DNA of 64,000 nt from Escherichia coli (GTDB lineage Bacteria > Pseudomonadota > Gammaproteobacteria > Enterobacterales > Enterobacteriaceae): the NCBI RefSeq assembly GCF_003334405.1, contig NZ_QOWM01000003.1. The stretch is one strand, 5' to 3'. The position numbers were made by a program, and so were the translations under genes. Position 1 is the stretch's first letter. The number at the start of each line of letters is the position of its first letter. The notes below the pieces were generated by a model. That model was not told where the DNA came from. It did not search any database and saw only the letters and a list, made by a program, of their open reading frames with translations. This document shows, one piece after another, positions 21,927 to 33,813 of this stretch.

Positions 21927-22448
21927 ATGAAACGTTTTAGTCTGGCTATTCTGGCGCTGGTTGTTGCAACCGGCGCACAAGCTGCCAGTGAAAAAGTCGA
22001 GATGAACCTCGTCACGTCGCAAGGGGTAGGGCAGTCAATTGGTAGCGTCACCATTACTGAAACCGATAAAGGTCTGGAGTTTTCGCCCGATCTGAAAGCA
22101 TTACCCCCCGGTGAACATGGCTTCCATATTCATGCCAAAGGAAGCTGCCAGCCAGCCACCAAAGATGGCAAAGCCAGCGCCGCGGAATCCGCAGGCGGGC
22201 ATCTTGATCCACAAAATACCGGTAAACATGAAGGGCCAGAAGGTGCCGGGCATTTAGGCGATCTGCCTGCACTGGTCGTCAATAATGACGGCAAAGCTAC
22301 CGATGCCGTCATCGCGCCTCGTCTGAAATCACTGGATGAAATCAAAGACAAAGCGCTGATGGTCCACGTTGGCGGCGATAATATGTCCGATCAACCTAAA
22401 CCGCTGGGCGGTGGCGGTGAACGCTATGCCTGTGGTGTAATTAAGTAA
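21927..22448 (+). CDS. sodC: Periplasmic Cu,Zn superoxide dismutase, 173 aa precursor
   Basis: Start chosen at MKRFSLAILALVVATGAQA (signal peptide), preceded by GGAGG; Cu/Zn-binding His residues (GFHIHAKG...HLGDLP). The ORF-track start at 21876 is a likely 5' over-extension. Confidence 0.93.
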   Translation: MKRFSLAILALVVATGAQAASEKVEMNLVTSQGVGQSIGSVTITETDKGLEFSPDLKALPPGEHGFHIHAKGSCQPATKDGKASAAESAGGHLDPQNTGKHEGPEGAGHLGDLPALVVNNDGKATDAVIAPRLKSLDEIKDKALMVHVGGDNMSDQPKPLGGGGERYACGVIK

Positions 22449-24461
22449 TTAAGAGGCCAGCGTACCTTGCGGTGGTGCTTGCTCAAGTTGCGAAAGCGAG
22501 CAGTACAGCCGCCAGACAATTGCCGCCAGCTCACGGGCGGCAGGTTGATGATGACGGGCAAGGCTGTCGCAAATCCGCTGTAATTCTTCAAGTGTGGCCG
22601 CCAGTGATTTTTGCTGAACGCCACGCTCACTCATCACTCCCCGCAACAGTGAAATACAGTTATCCCGTACTCGCGATAACGGATCGGAACGCGATTCCCA
22701 GTCGCGCAATTGCCAGACAACATGAGAACAGTTCAGCAGCACTACACCCCAGCGTAATAACCAACGGCGAGCCAGCGCATCCTGGCTGTTACTCAACTGA
22801 CTGACGTGATGATAAGTGAGCGATTCAAATTCGCTTTCACTCAGTGTTGGATGGCGGCTTAGCTGATCGACAAAATCCCGGCGCAGCGCGCGAATATGGC
22901 GGCGGCTTTTACGAGCATCCGATCCTGGACGCAGAATGGCGAACGCTAACCACGCCAACGCGACGCCAACGATTTTTGCCAGATTATCGTTAAGAAAATC
23001 AGCAAAATCATACACCGGGGGATTAGTGACAGCGATAAAAGAACCCATAAAAACAATCAGTTGCCCCCACAATGCGGCAAATTTTGGCATCTGCAATTTA
23101 AGAAGCTGCATTGTCGCCAGCAGTGGAAAGAGAAACAGTAAAAATTGCCACAGATCGCTAATCTGGACCATCAGACCAAATTTGACCACAAAGCTGAATA
23201 GCGAAAGTAACACCAGCGTGCGCATCAGAAGTGACAACGACTTAAACGGTGCTGCGACGGCGGAGTAGAGTACGCAGCTAATTGCTGCCAGCGTTAATGC
23301 ATTGGCACCGGCATCCCATTGCGAAGCAATACTCCATGCGCCAATCATCATCAACGTACAAAATGTACGCAGCCCGCTCCACATAGCTTCGGCGTTATCG
23401 GTATGACGAGCCAGGCCGGATGTCCGTGGGAGTCTGGTATGATCATCTACACCGCTTTGCAGACGATGTAATTCCTGACTACTTTGCAGATAAAGGCGGC
23501 AAAAATAACGTAGTCGCTGCCAGAAGGCGACGTGCCGATAGTCGGCGACGTTGGTCGGGCGTAGCGGGGCGATAATACGTGCGACGGTGTAAACATCTGT
23601 TTGCGAACTGGCGAGCGCCGTCAGCAACTGTTCGAGAATTTCTCGTGTGGCACCTGGCGGTGAGGGCCAGTTGAGCAACATACGTCGCAGGCTGGAGATG
23701 ACACTGGTCATACGTAATTGCTGGTGGAGCAGCGCATTAAGGCGCGCGTTTTGCTGGCGAAAACGATAGTGGCTCCAGAAAGCCTGGATACGCAGCAAAT
23801 TCATGGTCAGTATCTGCCCAATCACCCCTTCATGTGCTGCACGAATGGCATCGGTTGTTTCAGGCTGCCAGAGTAAACTGGCATGTTCCAGTAATCGGGC
23901 GTGCATGTTTTTCAATGCGGTTAAAAGGGCAGTAGCATCGGAACTGCTCGGCAGGATCATCATCATCATGCCGCCGCACAAAATACCGACTATTACCTCG
24001 CAAACGCGCGCCTGAGCGATATCCCACAGCTGGCTGGCCTCAGTAATATTAACCATCGGAAAGGCGATGATGGCAGCCGTGTAGCCCGCCAGTTGAAATG
24101 CATACGCGACGTTATTCGTGAAGTGCGCACAGGCCCAGGTACAAAAGCCAAGCCACGCCGACATGCTCAATAGAAAAAACCACGGCTCATTGAGCGTATG
24201 CCCGGCAAGAAGCAGTGCCGCAATGGCTCCGAGCAAACTGCCAGCGATGCGTCCGAGGCTTTTGCTGATAACACCGCCAACGGTGGGAAAGCTAACCACT
24301 GCAGCCGAGGTCATCGCCCAATAGGGTTCATCCAGATTTAAATAATAGGCAACCGTCAGCGCCAGACACATGGCAATGGTATTGCGTAACGCATAACGCC
24401 ATTGCGCCAGCGTGGCCCTGAACCAGGGCAAATTGCGCAAGGACCATGACGATGCGTTCAT
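22449..24461 (-). CDS. ydhK: FUSC/AaeB-family putative efflux permease YdhK, 670 aa
   Basis: Two blocks of TM helices separated by a cytoplasmic domain, typical of the AaeB/fusaric-acid-resistance family; the sodC stop abuts the ydhK stop. Confidence 0.9.
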   Translation of the reverse strand: MNASSWSLRNLPWFRATLAQWRYALRNTIAMCLALTVAYYLNLDEPYWAMTSAAVVSFPTVGGVISKSLGRIAGSLLGAIAALLLAGHTLNEPWFFLLSMSAWLGFCTWACAHFTNNVAYAFQLAGYTAAIIAFPMVNITEASQLWDIAQARVCEVIVGILCGGMMMMILPSSSDATALLTALKNMHARLLEHASLLWQPETTDAIRAAHEGVIGQILTMNLLRIQAFWSHYRFRQQNARLNALLHQQLRMTSVISSLRRMLLNWPSPPGATREILEQLLTALASSQTDVYTVARIIAPLRPTNVADYRHVAFWQRLRYFCRLYLQSSQELHRLQSGVDDHTRLPRTSGLARHTDNAEAMWSGLRTFCTLMMIGAWSIASQWDAGANALTLAAISCVLYSAVAAPFKSLSLLMRTLVLLSLFSFVVKFGLMVQISDLWQFLLFLFPLLATMQLLKLQMPKFAALWGQLIVFMGSFIAVTNPPVYDFADFLNDNLAKIVGVALAWLAFAILRPGSDARKSRRHIRALRRDFVDQLSRHPTLSESEFESLTYHHVSQLSNSQDALARRWLLRWGVVLLNCSHVVWQLRDWESRSDPLSRVRDNCISLLRGVMSERGVQQKSLAATLEELQRICDSLARHHQPAARELAAIVWRLYCSLSQLEQAPPQGTLAS

Positions 24462-25318
24462 TATTGACCTACGGCAATGCTACAGGTGGTGCCCGACACC
24501 AACGTGACATCGCCTGGGACTTTATCCAGCGCAAAGCGGACGGGAACGCGTTGGGCGAGTCGAACCCAGGGGACGTTAGGTTTAACATCCGGAATAAGGC
24601 TTGAGTCACTTTCAACGCTCTGATCATAAATCGCCCGACCGATACTGGAAACGTGACCCTGTAACGTTTTGTTATCACTATAGAGGGTAATTTGTGCTGG
24701 TGCACCTTCGCGGATATGGCGCAACTTGGTTTCTTCAAAATAACCAATGACGTAAAACGAGTGGCTGTCGACAAGGGCAAACAGCGGTTTCCCGGTATCA
24801 GCGTAATCGCCGATGCGGGTAGTAAGGTTAGTCACCCATCCACTCACCGGGGCGCGAATTTCCGTTTGCGCCAGTTGCCATTGTGCCTGTTTCAGCGTCG
24901 CCTGTGCGGCATCAACACTGGCCTGCATCGCTTTAACATTGAGGTTAGCGGTATCGAGTTCTTCGGCAGAAATAAAATTTTGTGAGAGATGACGACGACG
25001 ATTCGCTTCGTTATTGGCTTTTGCGAGGTCAGATTGCGCTTTCGCCAGCTGAGCCTGTGCGTTCAGCTCGGCGATCTGAAAGGGCGTTTTATCGATCGTG
25101 AGCAGAAGATCCCCCGCGTTAACCAGCTGGTTGTCTTTTATATTCAGCTCAACAATACGTCCCGACACCTGTGGGGTGATAGAAACCTGTTCTGCGCGTA
25201 TTTTCCCGTCGCGTGTCCACGGAGATTGCATGTAATAATTCCACAGCCACCATCCGGCAAGAACCGCAACTACCGCTACAATGATTGTTGAGAAATACTT
25301 AATTGTTTTAATTGACAT
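24461..25318 (-). CDS. ydhJ: HlyD/AaeA-family membrane fusion protein YdhJ, 285 aa
   Basis: N-terminal TM anchor, coiled-coil and barrel-sandwich hybrid-like sequence; start chosen at MSIKTIKYF (ATG at 25318), an alternative upstream ATG at 25360 would overlap ydhI; 1-nt overlap with ydhK. Confidence 0.85.
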   Translation of the reverse strand: MSIKTIKYFSTIIVAVVAVLAGWWLWNYYMQSPWTRDGKIRAEQVSITPQVSGRIVELNIKDNQLVNAGDLLLTIDKTPFQIAELNAQAQLAKAQSDLAKANNEANRRRHLSQNFISAEELDTANLNVKAMQASVDAAQATLKQAQWQLAQTEIRAPVSGWVTNLTTRIGDYADTGKPLFALVDSHSFYVIGYFEETKLRHIREGAPAQITLYSDNKTLQGHVSSIGRAIYDQSVESDSSLIPDVKPNVPWVRLAQRVPVRFALDKVPGDVTLVSGTTCSIAVGQ

Positions 25319-25320
25319 AG

Positions 25321-25557
25321 TTACCACGCAATCAGTATTGCCAGAGCAAGGCAAACGCAAATCGCAAACAGCGATAAATCCATTAACAAGGGATGCCAGA
25401 TGTCACCGGCGTAGATCCAGCCACGAAGCAGGCGGTGTACGACAAGCCAGATGACGAATCCAAACGCGAATGCTTTGAAAAACGGAGGAAAGTAGACGGA
25501 CGCACCGAACACCAGATCTTGTAAGGGCAATCCTGTTGCATTGAGCATAAACTTCAC
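25321..25557 (-). CDS. ydhI: DUF1656 small inner-membrane protein YdhI, 78 aa
   Basis: Two predicted TM helices; first gene of the ydhIJK cluster, analogous to aaeX of aaeXAB. Confidence 0.85.
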
Positions 25558-25729
25558 AAAGTAGATTCCTTTACGACCGAATATATTGCGTTAGATTAAT
25601 AAATATTCTTTAAGTGCGAAAAATTTACGCGCAATTTCTGAAAAATATGTCTGACGGTAACCAAATGCAGCAATACATTTGTTTTAGCAATACAATTGCT
25701 GCACACTATTCTAAAAGCCGCATAATATC

Positions 25730-25741
25730 TTAGCAAGCTAA
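25730..25741. promoter_or_regulatory. SlyA operator palindrome overlapping the slyA ribosome-binding site
   Basis: TTAGCAAGCTAA is an exact match to the published SlyA consensus palindrome, 11 bp upstream of the slyA ATG; a second related inverted repeat, TTAGCAATACAATTGCTG, lies at about 25684..25701. Confidence 0.75.
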
Positions 25742-25757
25742 TTATAAGGAGATGAAA

Positions 25758-26192
25758 TTGGAATCGCCACTAGGTTCTGATCTGGCACGGTTGGTGCGCA
25801 TATGGCGTGCTCTGATAGACCATCGCCTGAAACCGCTGGAGTTAACACAAACCCATTGGGTTACGTTACACAATATCCATCAGTTACCTCCAGACCAGTC
25901 GCAAATTCAACTGGCAAAAGCGATTGGCATCGAGCAGCCATCACTGGTCCGTACTCTGGACCAACTGGAAGAAAAAGGGTTAATTTCGCGTCAAACTTGT
26001 GCCAGCGATCGTCGGGCTAAACGTATTAAACTGACGGAAAAGGCAGAGCCGCTGATCAGCGAAATGGAAGCTGTTATTAACAAAACCCGCGCGGAAATAT
26101 TACATGGCATCTCCGCAGAGGAACTGGAGCAACTGATTACGCTCATCGCAAAACTTGAGCATAATATCATTGAGTTACAGGCCAAAGGGTGA
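25758..26192 (+). CDS. slyA: MarR-family transcriptional regulator SlyA, 144 aa (TTG start; alternative ATG at 25752 gives 146 aa)
   Basis: (M)[78 protein letters not shown]... winged-helix MarR fold. Confidence 0.93.
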
Positions 26193-26238
26193 AATGAAGG
26201 GGGCGTGTGGTCAGTAACCTGACCACACGCAAACTTAT

Positions 26239-26706
26239 TTAGCGCGGAGAAACGGTCACCTGACTGCCATTGCTGGCCAGTACGACACGTTGGCCCGGAG
26301 AGAAACGAGTGTTGCCTTGTTTCTGTACCACCATGATGGTATTACCATCGTCTTTACGAATTTCCAGCTCGACACCCTGCGTTTTGTTCATTGCACTCTG
26401 TACGCCCTGACCAGCTACGCCACCTGCAACAGCGCCTGCTGCAGTAGCCAGAGAACGCCCGGTTCCGCCACCAACAGTATTCCCCAGGAAACCACCAAGA
26501 ACAGCACCGCCAATTGCACCGATAACGTTGGAATCATCACCGCCCTGAATCTGTACCGGACGTACGTTAACGATGGTGCCATAGCTGACATTCTGTACTT
26601 GTTTCGCTTCAGAAGCGGTATAAACATCCCCTGACAGGGTGTCGTTATTAACACAACCGACAAGAGACAGACCTACCATTGAAACAACCAATACGCGTTT
26701 AATCAT
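26239..26706 (-). CDS. slyB: Outer-membrane lipoprotein SlyB, 155 aa
   Basis: Lipobox LVGC at the signal-peptide end and Gly-rich repeats (GAIGGAVLGGFLGNTVGGGTG). Confidence 0.95.
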   Translation of the reverse strand: MIKRVLVVSMVGLSLVGCVNNDTLSGDVYTASEAKQVQNVSYGTIVNVRPVQIQGGDDSNVIGAIGGAVLGGFLGNTVGGGTGRSLATAAGAVAGGVAGQGVQSAMNKTQGVELEIRKDDGNTIMVVQKQGNTRFSPGQRVVLASNGSQVTVSPR

Positions 26707-26979
26707 TGAAAAATCTCCTGTTCACCATGAAACGCCACGCAAGCATCCCTCATGGTCAAAGTATATGGCATATGTGAATCCATGGTTACATGTTCTACCA
26801 AATATGAGCAAATCATAATGAAAGTAGGATCAACCAATTATAAACAAAACATTCATGATGATTATTGATTTGAAGATAATGTTTTACTACCAACGGTAAA
26901 AATCGGTCATTCCGCATGGTATTCACGAAAAGTTTATGTTTGAGTGGTGCGCAAACGTCAGATTGAAAAAGGATGAACT

Positions 26980-28089
26980 ATGAAATCGGGCCGCTTTATT
27001 GGCGTTATGTCAGGCACCAGCCTTGATGGTGTTGATGTTGTGTTGGCGACAATTGATGAACACCGGGTCGCACAGCTGGCAAGTTTGAGTTGGCCGATCC
27101 CGGTATCTCTGAAACAGGCTGTACTGGATATTTGCCAGGGCCAGCAGCTTACACTTTCGCAGTTTGGACAGCTTGATACTCAACTCGGGCGACTTTTTGC
27201 TGATGCGGTCAATGCCTTGCTTAAGGAACAAAATCTGCAGGCAAGAGATATAGTTGCGATCGGTTGTCACGGTCAAACCGTCTGGCATGAACCGACGGGC
27301 GTGGCACCACACACTTTACAGATTGGCGATAACAATCAAATTGTGGCACGCACCGGAATTACGGTTGTCGGTGATTTTCGCCGTCGCGATATTGCCTTGG
27401 GAGGACAAGGCGCACCGCTGGTACCTGCGTTCCATCATGCGCTGCTGGCTCACCCAACCGAGCGACGAATGGTGCTCAATATTGGCGGCATCGCCAATCT
27501 GTCACTGCTCATTCCTGGGCAGCCGGTTGGGGGCTACGATACCGGTCCTGGTAACATGCTGATGGATGCCTGGATCTGGCGTCAGGCCGGTAAACCTTAC
27601 GATAAAGATGCCGAGTGGGCACGGGCGGGTAAAGTTATTCTCCCACTGCTGCAAAATATGCTCAGCGACCCGTATTTCTCGCAACCTGCACCGAAAAGCA
27701 CCGGACGCGAATACTTTAACTATGGTTGGCTGGAGCGCCATTTGCGCCATTTTCCGGGTGTTGATCCCCGAGATGTGCAGGCGACACTGGCAGAACTCAC
27801 CGCCGTGACCATTTCTGAACAAGTTTTGTTGAGCGGTGGCTGCGAACGATTGATGGTATGTGGTGGAGGTAGTCGTAATCCGCTACTCATGGCGCGTCTG
27901 GCGGCATTACTGCCAGGCACAGAAGTCACCACCACCGATGCCGTTGGCATTAGTGGCGATGACATGGAAGCATTGGCTTTCGCCTGGCTTGCCTGGCGGA
28001 CGCTGGCGGGATTACCAGGAAATCTGCCTTCCGTCACTGGCGCAAGCCAGGAGACGGTACTGGGGGCTATTTTCCCCGCTAACCCGTGA
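26980..28089 (+). CDS. anmK: Anhydro-N-acetylmuramic acid kinase, 369 aa
   Basis: [28 protein letters not shown]..., characteristic AnmK N-terminus. Confidence 0.95.
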
Positions 28090-28186
28090 TATCAGAGTTA
28101 ACTGAATTTTTCTTACCGCGTCTGCCGTTACACTTGGAACGTTAGGGAGGGCGTATTGCCCTCCAGACCAGGAAAGTCTTCGGGAT

Positions 28187-28516
28187 ATGACTATGAAAAA
28201 ACTGTTAATTATCATTTTGCCGGTCCTTCTCTCCGGCTGTAGCGCCTTTAATCAGCTGGTTGAGCGCATGCAAACCGATACGCTGGAATACCAGTGTGAT
28301 GAAAAACCGTTGACGGTCAAACTGAATAATCCGCGCCAGGAGGTCAGTTTTGTTTACGATAATCAACTACTGCATCTCAAACAGGGCATTTCAGCCTCTG
28401 GCGCGCGTTACACTGACGGAATCTATGTTTTCTGGTCGAAAGGCGATGAAGCGACTGTCTATAAACGCGACCGCATCGTCTTGAATAACTGTCAGTTACA
28501 AAATCCACAGCGTTGA
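28187..28516 (+). CDS. mliC: Membrane-bound lysozyme inhibitor of C-type lysozyme, lipoprotein, 109 aa
   Basis: Signal peptide with lipobox LSGC and two conserved Cys. Confidence 0.93.
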   Translation: MTMKKLLIIILPVLLSGCSAFNQLVERMQTDTLEYQCDEKPLTVKLNNPRQEVSFVYDNQLLHLKQGISASGARYTDGIYVFWSKGDEATVYKRDRIVLNNCQLQNPQR

Positions 28517-28574
28517 GATTTTTCCAGGGGCGGCGCACAATAGCGTCACCCACTGACAATCCGTAAAGAAAACC

Positions 28575-29231
28575 ATGTCTGATAACGACGAATTGCAGCA
28601 AATCGCGCATCTGCGCCGTGAATACACCAAAGGCGGGTTACGCCGCCGCGATCTTCCCGCCGATCCATTAACCCTTTTTGAACGTTGGCTCTCTCAGGCT
28701 TGTGAAGCCAAACTGGCGGACCCTACCGCGATGGTGGTCGCTACCGTGGATGAACATGGTCAGCCTTATCAGCGCATCGTTTTACTCAAACATTACGACG
28801 AAAAAGGCATGGTGTTTTACACCAACCTCGGCAGCCGTAAAGCACATCAAATCGAAAATAATCCGCGCGTTAGCCTGCTGTTCCCGTGGCATACCCTTGA
28901 GCGCCAGGTGATGGTGATCGGTAAAGCAGAACGACTTTCGACTCTCGAAGTGATGAAATATTTTCATAGCCGCCCGCGTGATAGCCAGATTGGTGCATGG
29001 GTTTCGAAGCAGTCCAGTCGCATTTCTGCCCGCGGTATCCTTGAAAGTAAATTCCTGGAGCTGAAGCAGAAGTTTCAACAGGGCGAAGTGCCATTGCCGA
29101 GCTTTTGGGGCGGTTTTCGCGTCAGCCTTGAACAGATTGAGTTCTGGCAGGGTGGTGAGCATCGCCTGCATGACCGCTTTTTGTACCAGCGTGAAAATGA
29201 TGCGTGGAAGATTGATCGTCTTGCACCCTGA
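28575..29231 (+). CDS. pdxH: Pyridoxine/pyridoxamine 5'-phosphate oxidase, 218 aa
   Basis: [39 protein letters not shown]... Confidence 0.96.
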
Positions 29232-29359
29232 AAAGATGCAAAAATCTTGCTTTAATCGCTGGTACTCCTGATTCTGGCACTTTATTCTATGTCTCTTTCG
29301 CATCTGGCGAAAAGTCGTGTACCGGCAAAGGTGCAGTCGTTATATACATGGAGATTTTG

Positions 29360-30634
29360 ATGGCAAGCAGTAACTTGATTAAACAATTGCAAGAGCGGGG
29401 GCTGGTAGCCCAGGTGACGGACGAGGAAGCGTTAGCAGAGCGACTGGCGCAAGGCCCGATCGCGCTCTATTGCGGCTTCGATCCTACCGCTGACAGCTTG
29501 CATTTGGGGCATCTTGTTCCATTGTTATGCCTGAAACGCTTCCAGCAGGCGGGCCACAAGCCGGTTGCGCTGGTAGGCGGCGCGACGGGTCTGATTGGCG
29601 ACCCGAGCTTCAAAGCTGCCGAGCGTAAGCTGAACACCGAAGAAACTGTTCAGGAGTGGGTGGACAAAATCCGTAAGCAGGTTGCCCCGTTCCTCGATTT
29701 CGACTGTGGAGAAAACTCTGCTATCGCGGCGAACAACTATGACTGGTTCGGCAATATGAATGTGCTGACCTTCCTGCGCGATATTGGCAAACACTTCTCC
29801 GTTAACCAGATGATCAACAAAGAAGCGGTTAAGCAGCGTCTCAACCGTGAAGATCAGGGGATTTCGTTCACTGAGTTTTCCTACAACCTGTTGCAGGGTT
29901 ATGACTTCGCCTGTCTGAACAAACAGTACGGTGTGGTGCTGCAAATTGGTGGTTCTGACCAGTGGGGTAACATCACTTCTGGTATCGACCTGACCCGTCG
30001 TCTGCATCAGAATCAGGTGTTTGGCCTGACCGTTCCGCTGATCACTAAAGCAGATGGCACCAAATTTGGTAAAACTGAAGGCGGCGCAGTCTGGTTGGAT
30101 CCGAAGAAAACCAGCCCGTACAAATTCTACCAGTTCTGGATCAACACTGCGGATGCCGACGTTTACCGCTTCCTGAAGTTCTTCACCTTTATGAGCATTG
30201 AAGAGATCAACGCCCTGGAAGAAGAAGATAAAAACAGCGGTAAAGCACCGCGCGCCCAGTATGTACTGGCGGAGCAGGTGACTCGTCTGGTTCACGGTGA
30301 AGAAGGTTTACAGGCGGCAAAACGTATTACCGAATGCCTGTTCAGCGGTTCTTTGAGTGCGCTGAGTGAAGCGGACTTCGAACAGCTGGCGCAGGACGGC
30401 GTACCGATGGTTGAGATGGAAAAGGGCGCAGACCTGATGCAGGCACTGGTCGATTCTGAACTGCAACCTTCCCGTGGTCAGGCACGTAAAACTATCGCCT
30501 CCAATGCCATCACCATTAACGGTGAAAAACAGTCCGATCCTGAATACTTCTTTAAAGAAAAAGATCGTCTGTTTGGTCGTTTTACCTTACTGCGTCGCGG
30601 TAAAAAGAATTACTGTCTGATTTGCTGGAAATAA
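29360..30634 (+). CDS. tyrS: Tyrosyl-tRNA synthetase, 424 aa
   Basis: HIGH motif (HLGHLVPL) and KMSKS-like KFGKT motif; start chosen at [14 protein letters not shown], 12 nt downstream of the ORF-track ATG. Confidence 0.95.
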   Translation: MASSNLIKQLQERGLVAQVTDEEALAERLAQGPIALYCGFDPTADSLHLGHLVPLLCLKRFQQAGHKPVALVGGATGLIGDPSFKAAERKLNTEETVQEWVDKIRKQVAPFLDFDCGENSAIAANNYDWFGNMNVLTFLRDIGKHFSVNQMINKEAVKQRLNREDQGISFTEFSYNLLQGYDFACLNKQYGVVLQIGGSDQWGNITSGIDLTRRLHQNQVFGLTVPLITKADGTKFGKTEGGAVWLDPKKTSPYKFYQFWINTADADVYRFLKFFTFMSIEEINALEEEDKNSGKAPRAQYVLAEQVTRLVHGEEGLQAAKRITECLFSGSLSALSEADFEQLAQDGVPMVEMEKGADLMQALVDSELQPSRGQARKTIASNAITINGEKQSDPEYFFKEKDRLFGRFTLLRRGKKNYCLICWK

Positions 30635-30692
30635 TGCATTAAGTGGAAAGGGGGAGTGAGAAATCACTCCCCCTGGTTTTTATACAGGGAAC

Positions 30693-31556
30693 ATGATGAA
30701 AAATATTCTCGCTATCCAGTCTCACGTTGTTTATGGTCATGCGGGTAACAGTGCGGCAGAGTTTCCGATGCGCCGCCTGGGCGCGAACGTCTGGCCGCTG
30801 AACACCGTTCAATTTTCTAATCACACCCAATACGGCAAATGGACTGGCTGCGTGATGCCGCCCAGCCATTTAACCGAAATTGTGCAAGGCATTGCCGCCA
30901 TTGATAAATTACACACCTGTGATGCCGTATTAAGTGGCTATCTGGGATCGGCGGAGCAGGGTGAACATATCCTCGGTATTGTCCGTCAGGTGAAAGCCGC
31001 GAATCCGCAGGCGAAATATTTTTGCGATCCGGTAATGGGTCATCCGGAAAAAGGCTGTATCGTTGCACCGGGTGTCGCAGAGTTTCATGTGCGGCACGGT
31101 TTGCCTGCCAGCGATATCATTGCGCCAAATCTGGTTGAGCTGGAAATACTCTGTGAGCATGCGGTAAATAACGTCGAAGAAGCGGTTCTGGCAGCGCGCG
31201 AACTCATTGCGCAAGGGCCACAAATTGTGTTGGTTAAACACCTGGCGCGAGCTGGCTACAGCCGTGACCGTTTTGAAATGCTGCTGGTCACCGCCGATGA
31301 AGCCTGGCATATCAGCCGTCCGCTGGTGGATTTTGGTATGCGCCAGCCGGTAGGTGTTGGTGATGTGACGAGCGGTTTACTGCTGGTGAAACTGCTTCAG
31401 GGGGCAACGCTGCAGGAGGCGCTGGAACATGTGACCGCTGCAGTCTACGAAATCATGGTGACCACCAAAGCAATGCAGGAATATGAGCTGCAAGTGGTGG
31501 CTGCTCAGGATCGTATTGCCAAACCAGAACATTACTTCAGCGCAACAAAGCTCTGA
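30693..31556 (+). CDS. pdxY: Pyridoxal kinase PdxY, 287 aa
   Basis: Ribokinase-family [33 protein letters not shown]... Confidence 0.95.
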   Translation: MMKNILAIQSHVVYGHAGNSAAEFPMRRLGANVWPLNTVQFSNHTQYGKWTGCVMPPSHLTEIVQGIAAIDKLHTCDAVLSGYLGSAEQGEHILGIVRQVKAANPQAKYFCDPVMGHPEKGCIVAPGVAEFHVRHGLPASDIIAPNLVELEILCEHAVNNVEEAVLAARELIAQGPQIVLVKHLARAGYSRDRFEMLLVTADEAWHISRPLVDFGMRQPVGVGDVTSGLLLVKLLQGATLQEALEHVTAAVYEIMVTTKAMQEYELQVVAAQDRIAKPEHYFSATKL

Positions 31557-31569
31557 AATATCTCATTTC

Positions 31570-31591
31570 GGCCCACAACGACCTGTGGGCC
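31570..31591. terminator. Bidirectional terminator hairpin between convergent pdxY and gstA
   Basis: GGCCCACA-ACGACC-TGTGGGCC perfect 8-bp stem, flanked by T-rich sequence (TCTCATTTC) upstream on the + strand. Confidence 0.5.
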
Positions 31592-31599
31592 GATGGCTA

Positions 31600-32205
31600 T
31601 TACTTTAAGCCTTCCGCTGACAGCGCGTCTTGTACTTCCGGACGTTCAGCCATACGTTGCATAAATGCTGCAATGTGCTCTAACCCTTCCAGATTCAGTT
31701 TCACCGCGTATGCCCAGCGCAGAACCGTAAACAGATAGGCATCAGCAATTGTAAATCTTTGCCCGCAGATCCAGTGCTCATCCTTCAGTGCCTCGTTCAC
31801 ATATTGCAGCTTCTTCTCCAGCTGCGCGCGAACTGTCGGTTTGTACTCTTCCGGTGTATCAGGGCGAAACAGAGGTGTGAAACCTTTATGCAGCTCGGTG
31901 GCGATGTAATTCAGCCATTCGATGGTTTTATAGCGGGAAATACTGTTTACCGGTGCCAGCAACTGGCGGTCGGGGACGCTGTCGGCAAGATACTGCATAA
32001 TCGCTACGCCTTCCGTCAGCAAAGTACCGTCATCCAGCAGCAATGCAGGCACCTGCCCCTTAGGGTTAACGGCAAAGTAATCGTCACCGTTTTCGAGACG
32101 TTTTTTCATTAAATCCACACTGACGAGGGTAAAATCCTTTCCGCTCTCACGCAGGGTGATATGGGAAGCGAGAGAGCAGGCACCCGGTTTGTAGAACAAT
32201 TTCAT
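31600..32205 (-). CDS. gstA: Glutathione S-transferase, 201 aa
   Basis: [37 protein letters not shown]... Confidence 0.96.
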
Positions 32206-32254
32206 CGGTAACTCCTTTTGTCTGTGGTTTAAAGTATGGTAGTGCGTTGCTGAA

Positions 32255-32288
32255 CAAAAAAAAAGCCGCTAACGAAAAGTTAGCGGCT
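32255..32288 (-). terminator. Rho-independent terminator downstream of dtpA
   Basis: On the - strand the hairpin AGCCGCTAAC-TTTTC-GTTAGCGGCT is followed by a run of 9 T. Confidence 0.75.
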
Positions 32289-32310
32289 TGTAAAAGAGTT
32301 TCCCTGAATT

Positions 32311-33813
32311 TTACGCTACGGCTGCTTTCGCCGCTTTGTCTGCAGCGTCATCCTGCGTCATGCGGTGCAGTTTCGGCGCGGTCAGCAGCATCAGTACTGC
32401 AATAACGGCAGTAGCGACACCAATCTGCAAGAATACGCGACCATAGACTTCCAGTGACATCAGCGGATCGGTAACGTTATCCGGCACAGCCATCATACCC
32501 GCAACATAACCACCAATCAGGTTTGCACCGGCAGTGGTCAGGAACCAGCTACCCATAATGAAGCCCATCAGACGCTGCGGAACGAGTTGAGCAACCATTG
32601 CCAGACCCAGACCAGAGATCATCAGTTCCCCGATGCTCTGCAGGCCATAGCTTGCGACCAGCCAGCTTACAGACACGATACCAGCGTCAGACGCGAATTT
32701 CGCACCCAGCGGCAGAATCAGGAACGCACCAGAACACATCACCATGCCGATTGCAAACTTGGTTGGCATCGGCAGGGTATCGCCCATCTTGTTATAGATA
32801 GTGGCCAGAATCGGACTACCGATGATGATCCAGAACGGGTTCAGTGCCTGATACTGCTCAGGTTCTACGGCCAGACCCAGAATGGAGTGCTCAACGTTAC
32901 GAATCGCAAAGAAGTTCAGTGACGTTGGCATCTGGCTGTACAGCACGAAGAAGATAATGGCTTCGAGCATCAGGATGAAGGCAACGATCATTTTACGACG
33001 CGCAGCACCTTTCATCGCGAAGGCTTCTTTACCGAAGATAACCACGATACCGAAGGCAACAACGCCCAGCGCCATACGCGCAACTTCCTGATTGTGCAGC
33101 AGCCAGGTGGCGATAGCGATCAGTGCCACAACACCAATAATGGTCAGCAGCAGGTTACGGTAGTTGATAGGCTCGAAGTCTGGTTTTGAACCGTACTGTT
33201 TAACCCAGCGTTGGCAGAAGGCGAAGTTAACGATAGTGATCAGCAGGCCTACAACGCTCAACGCAAACGCAACACTCCAGCCGTATTTCGCGGCCAGCCA
33301 CGGCGTAGCAATCATAGAGAAGAAAGAGCCGATGTTGACGGACATGTAGTACATGGTGAATGCACCGTCCAGACGCGGGTCGTTTTTCTCATAGCATGTA
33401 GAAAGCAGAGAAGACGGGTTAGCTTTAAACAGGCCGTTACCGACCGCAATAGCCGCCATACCCATATAAACGATACCGGCGTCGTGACCAGACCAGGCAA
33501 CCAGAGCATAACCAATCGCCAGCACAATAGCGCCGAGCATAATTACGCGTTTAGTACCCAGTACCTTGTCACCTAACCAGCCGCCGATAGCGACCAGACC
33601 ATAAACCAGGGCACTAAAGGAAGAGAAAAGGGTGATTGAATCCGCTTCAGACATACCCAGTTGTTTAACCAGGTAAACAGCCATAATTCCTTGTAGGCCG
33701 TAATAACCAAAACGTTCCCATAACTCAATCGAGAAGATGAGATAGAACGCCTTCGGTTGTTTGAAAGCGTTCAAACTGACGCTTTCAGTTGGTTTTTGGT
33801 TTGCAGTGGACAC
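32311..33813 (-). CDS. dtpA: Proton-dependent di/tripeptide permease (POT family), 500 aa
   Basis: [54 protein letters not shown]... carries the POT-family signature. Confidence 0.96.
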   Translation of the reverse strand: MSTANQKPTESVSLNAFKQPKAFYLIFSIELWERFGYYGLQGIMAVYLVKQLGMSEADSITLFSSFSALVYGLVAIGGWLGDKVLGTKRVIMLGAIVLAIGYALVAWSGHDAGIVYMGMAAIAVGNGLFKANPSSLLSTCYEKNDPRLDGAFTMYYMSVNIGSFFSMIATPWLAAKYGWSVAFALSVVGLLITIVNFAFCQRWVKQYGSKPDFEPINYRNLLLTIIGVVALIAIATWLLHNQEVARMALGVVAFGIVVIFGKEAFAMKGAARRKMIVAFILMLEAIIFFVLYSQMPTSLNFFAIRNVEHSILGLAVEPEQYQALNPFWIIIGSPILATIYNKMGDTLPMPTKFAIGMVMCSGAFLILPLGAKFASDAGIVSVSWLVASYGLQSIGELMISGLGLAMVAQLVPQRLMGFIMGSWFLTTAGANLIGGYVAGMMAVPDNVTDPLMSLEVYGRVFLQIGVATAVIAVLMLLTAPKLHRMTQDDAADKAAKAAVA

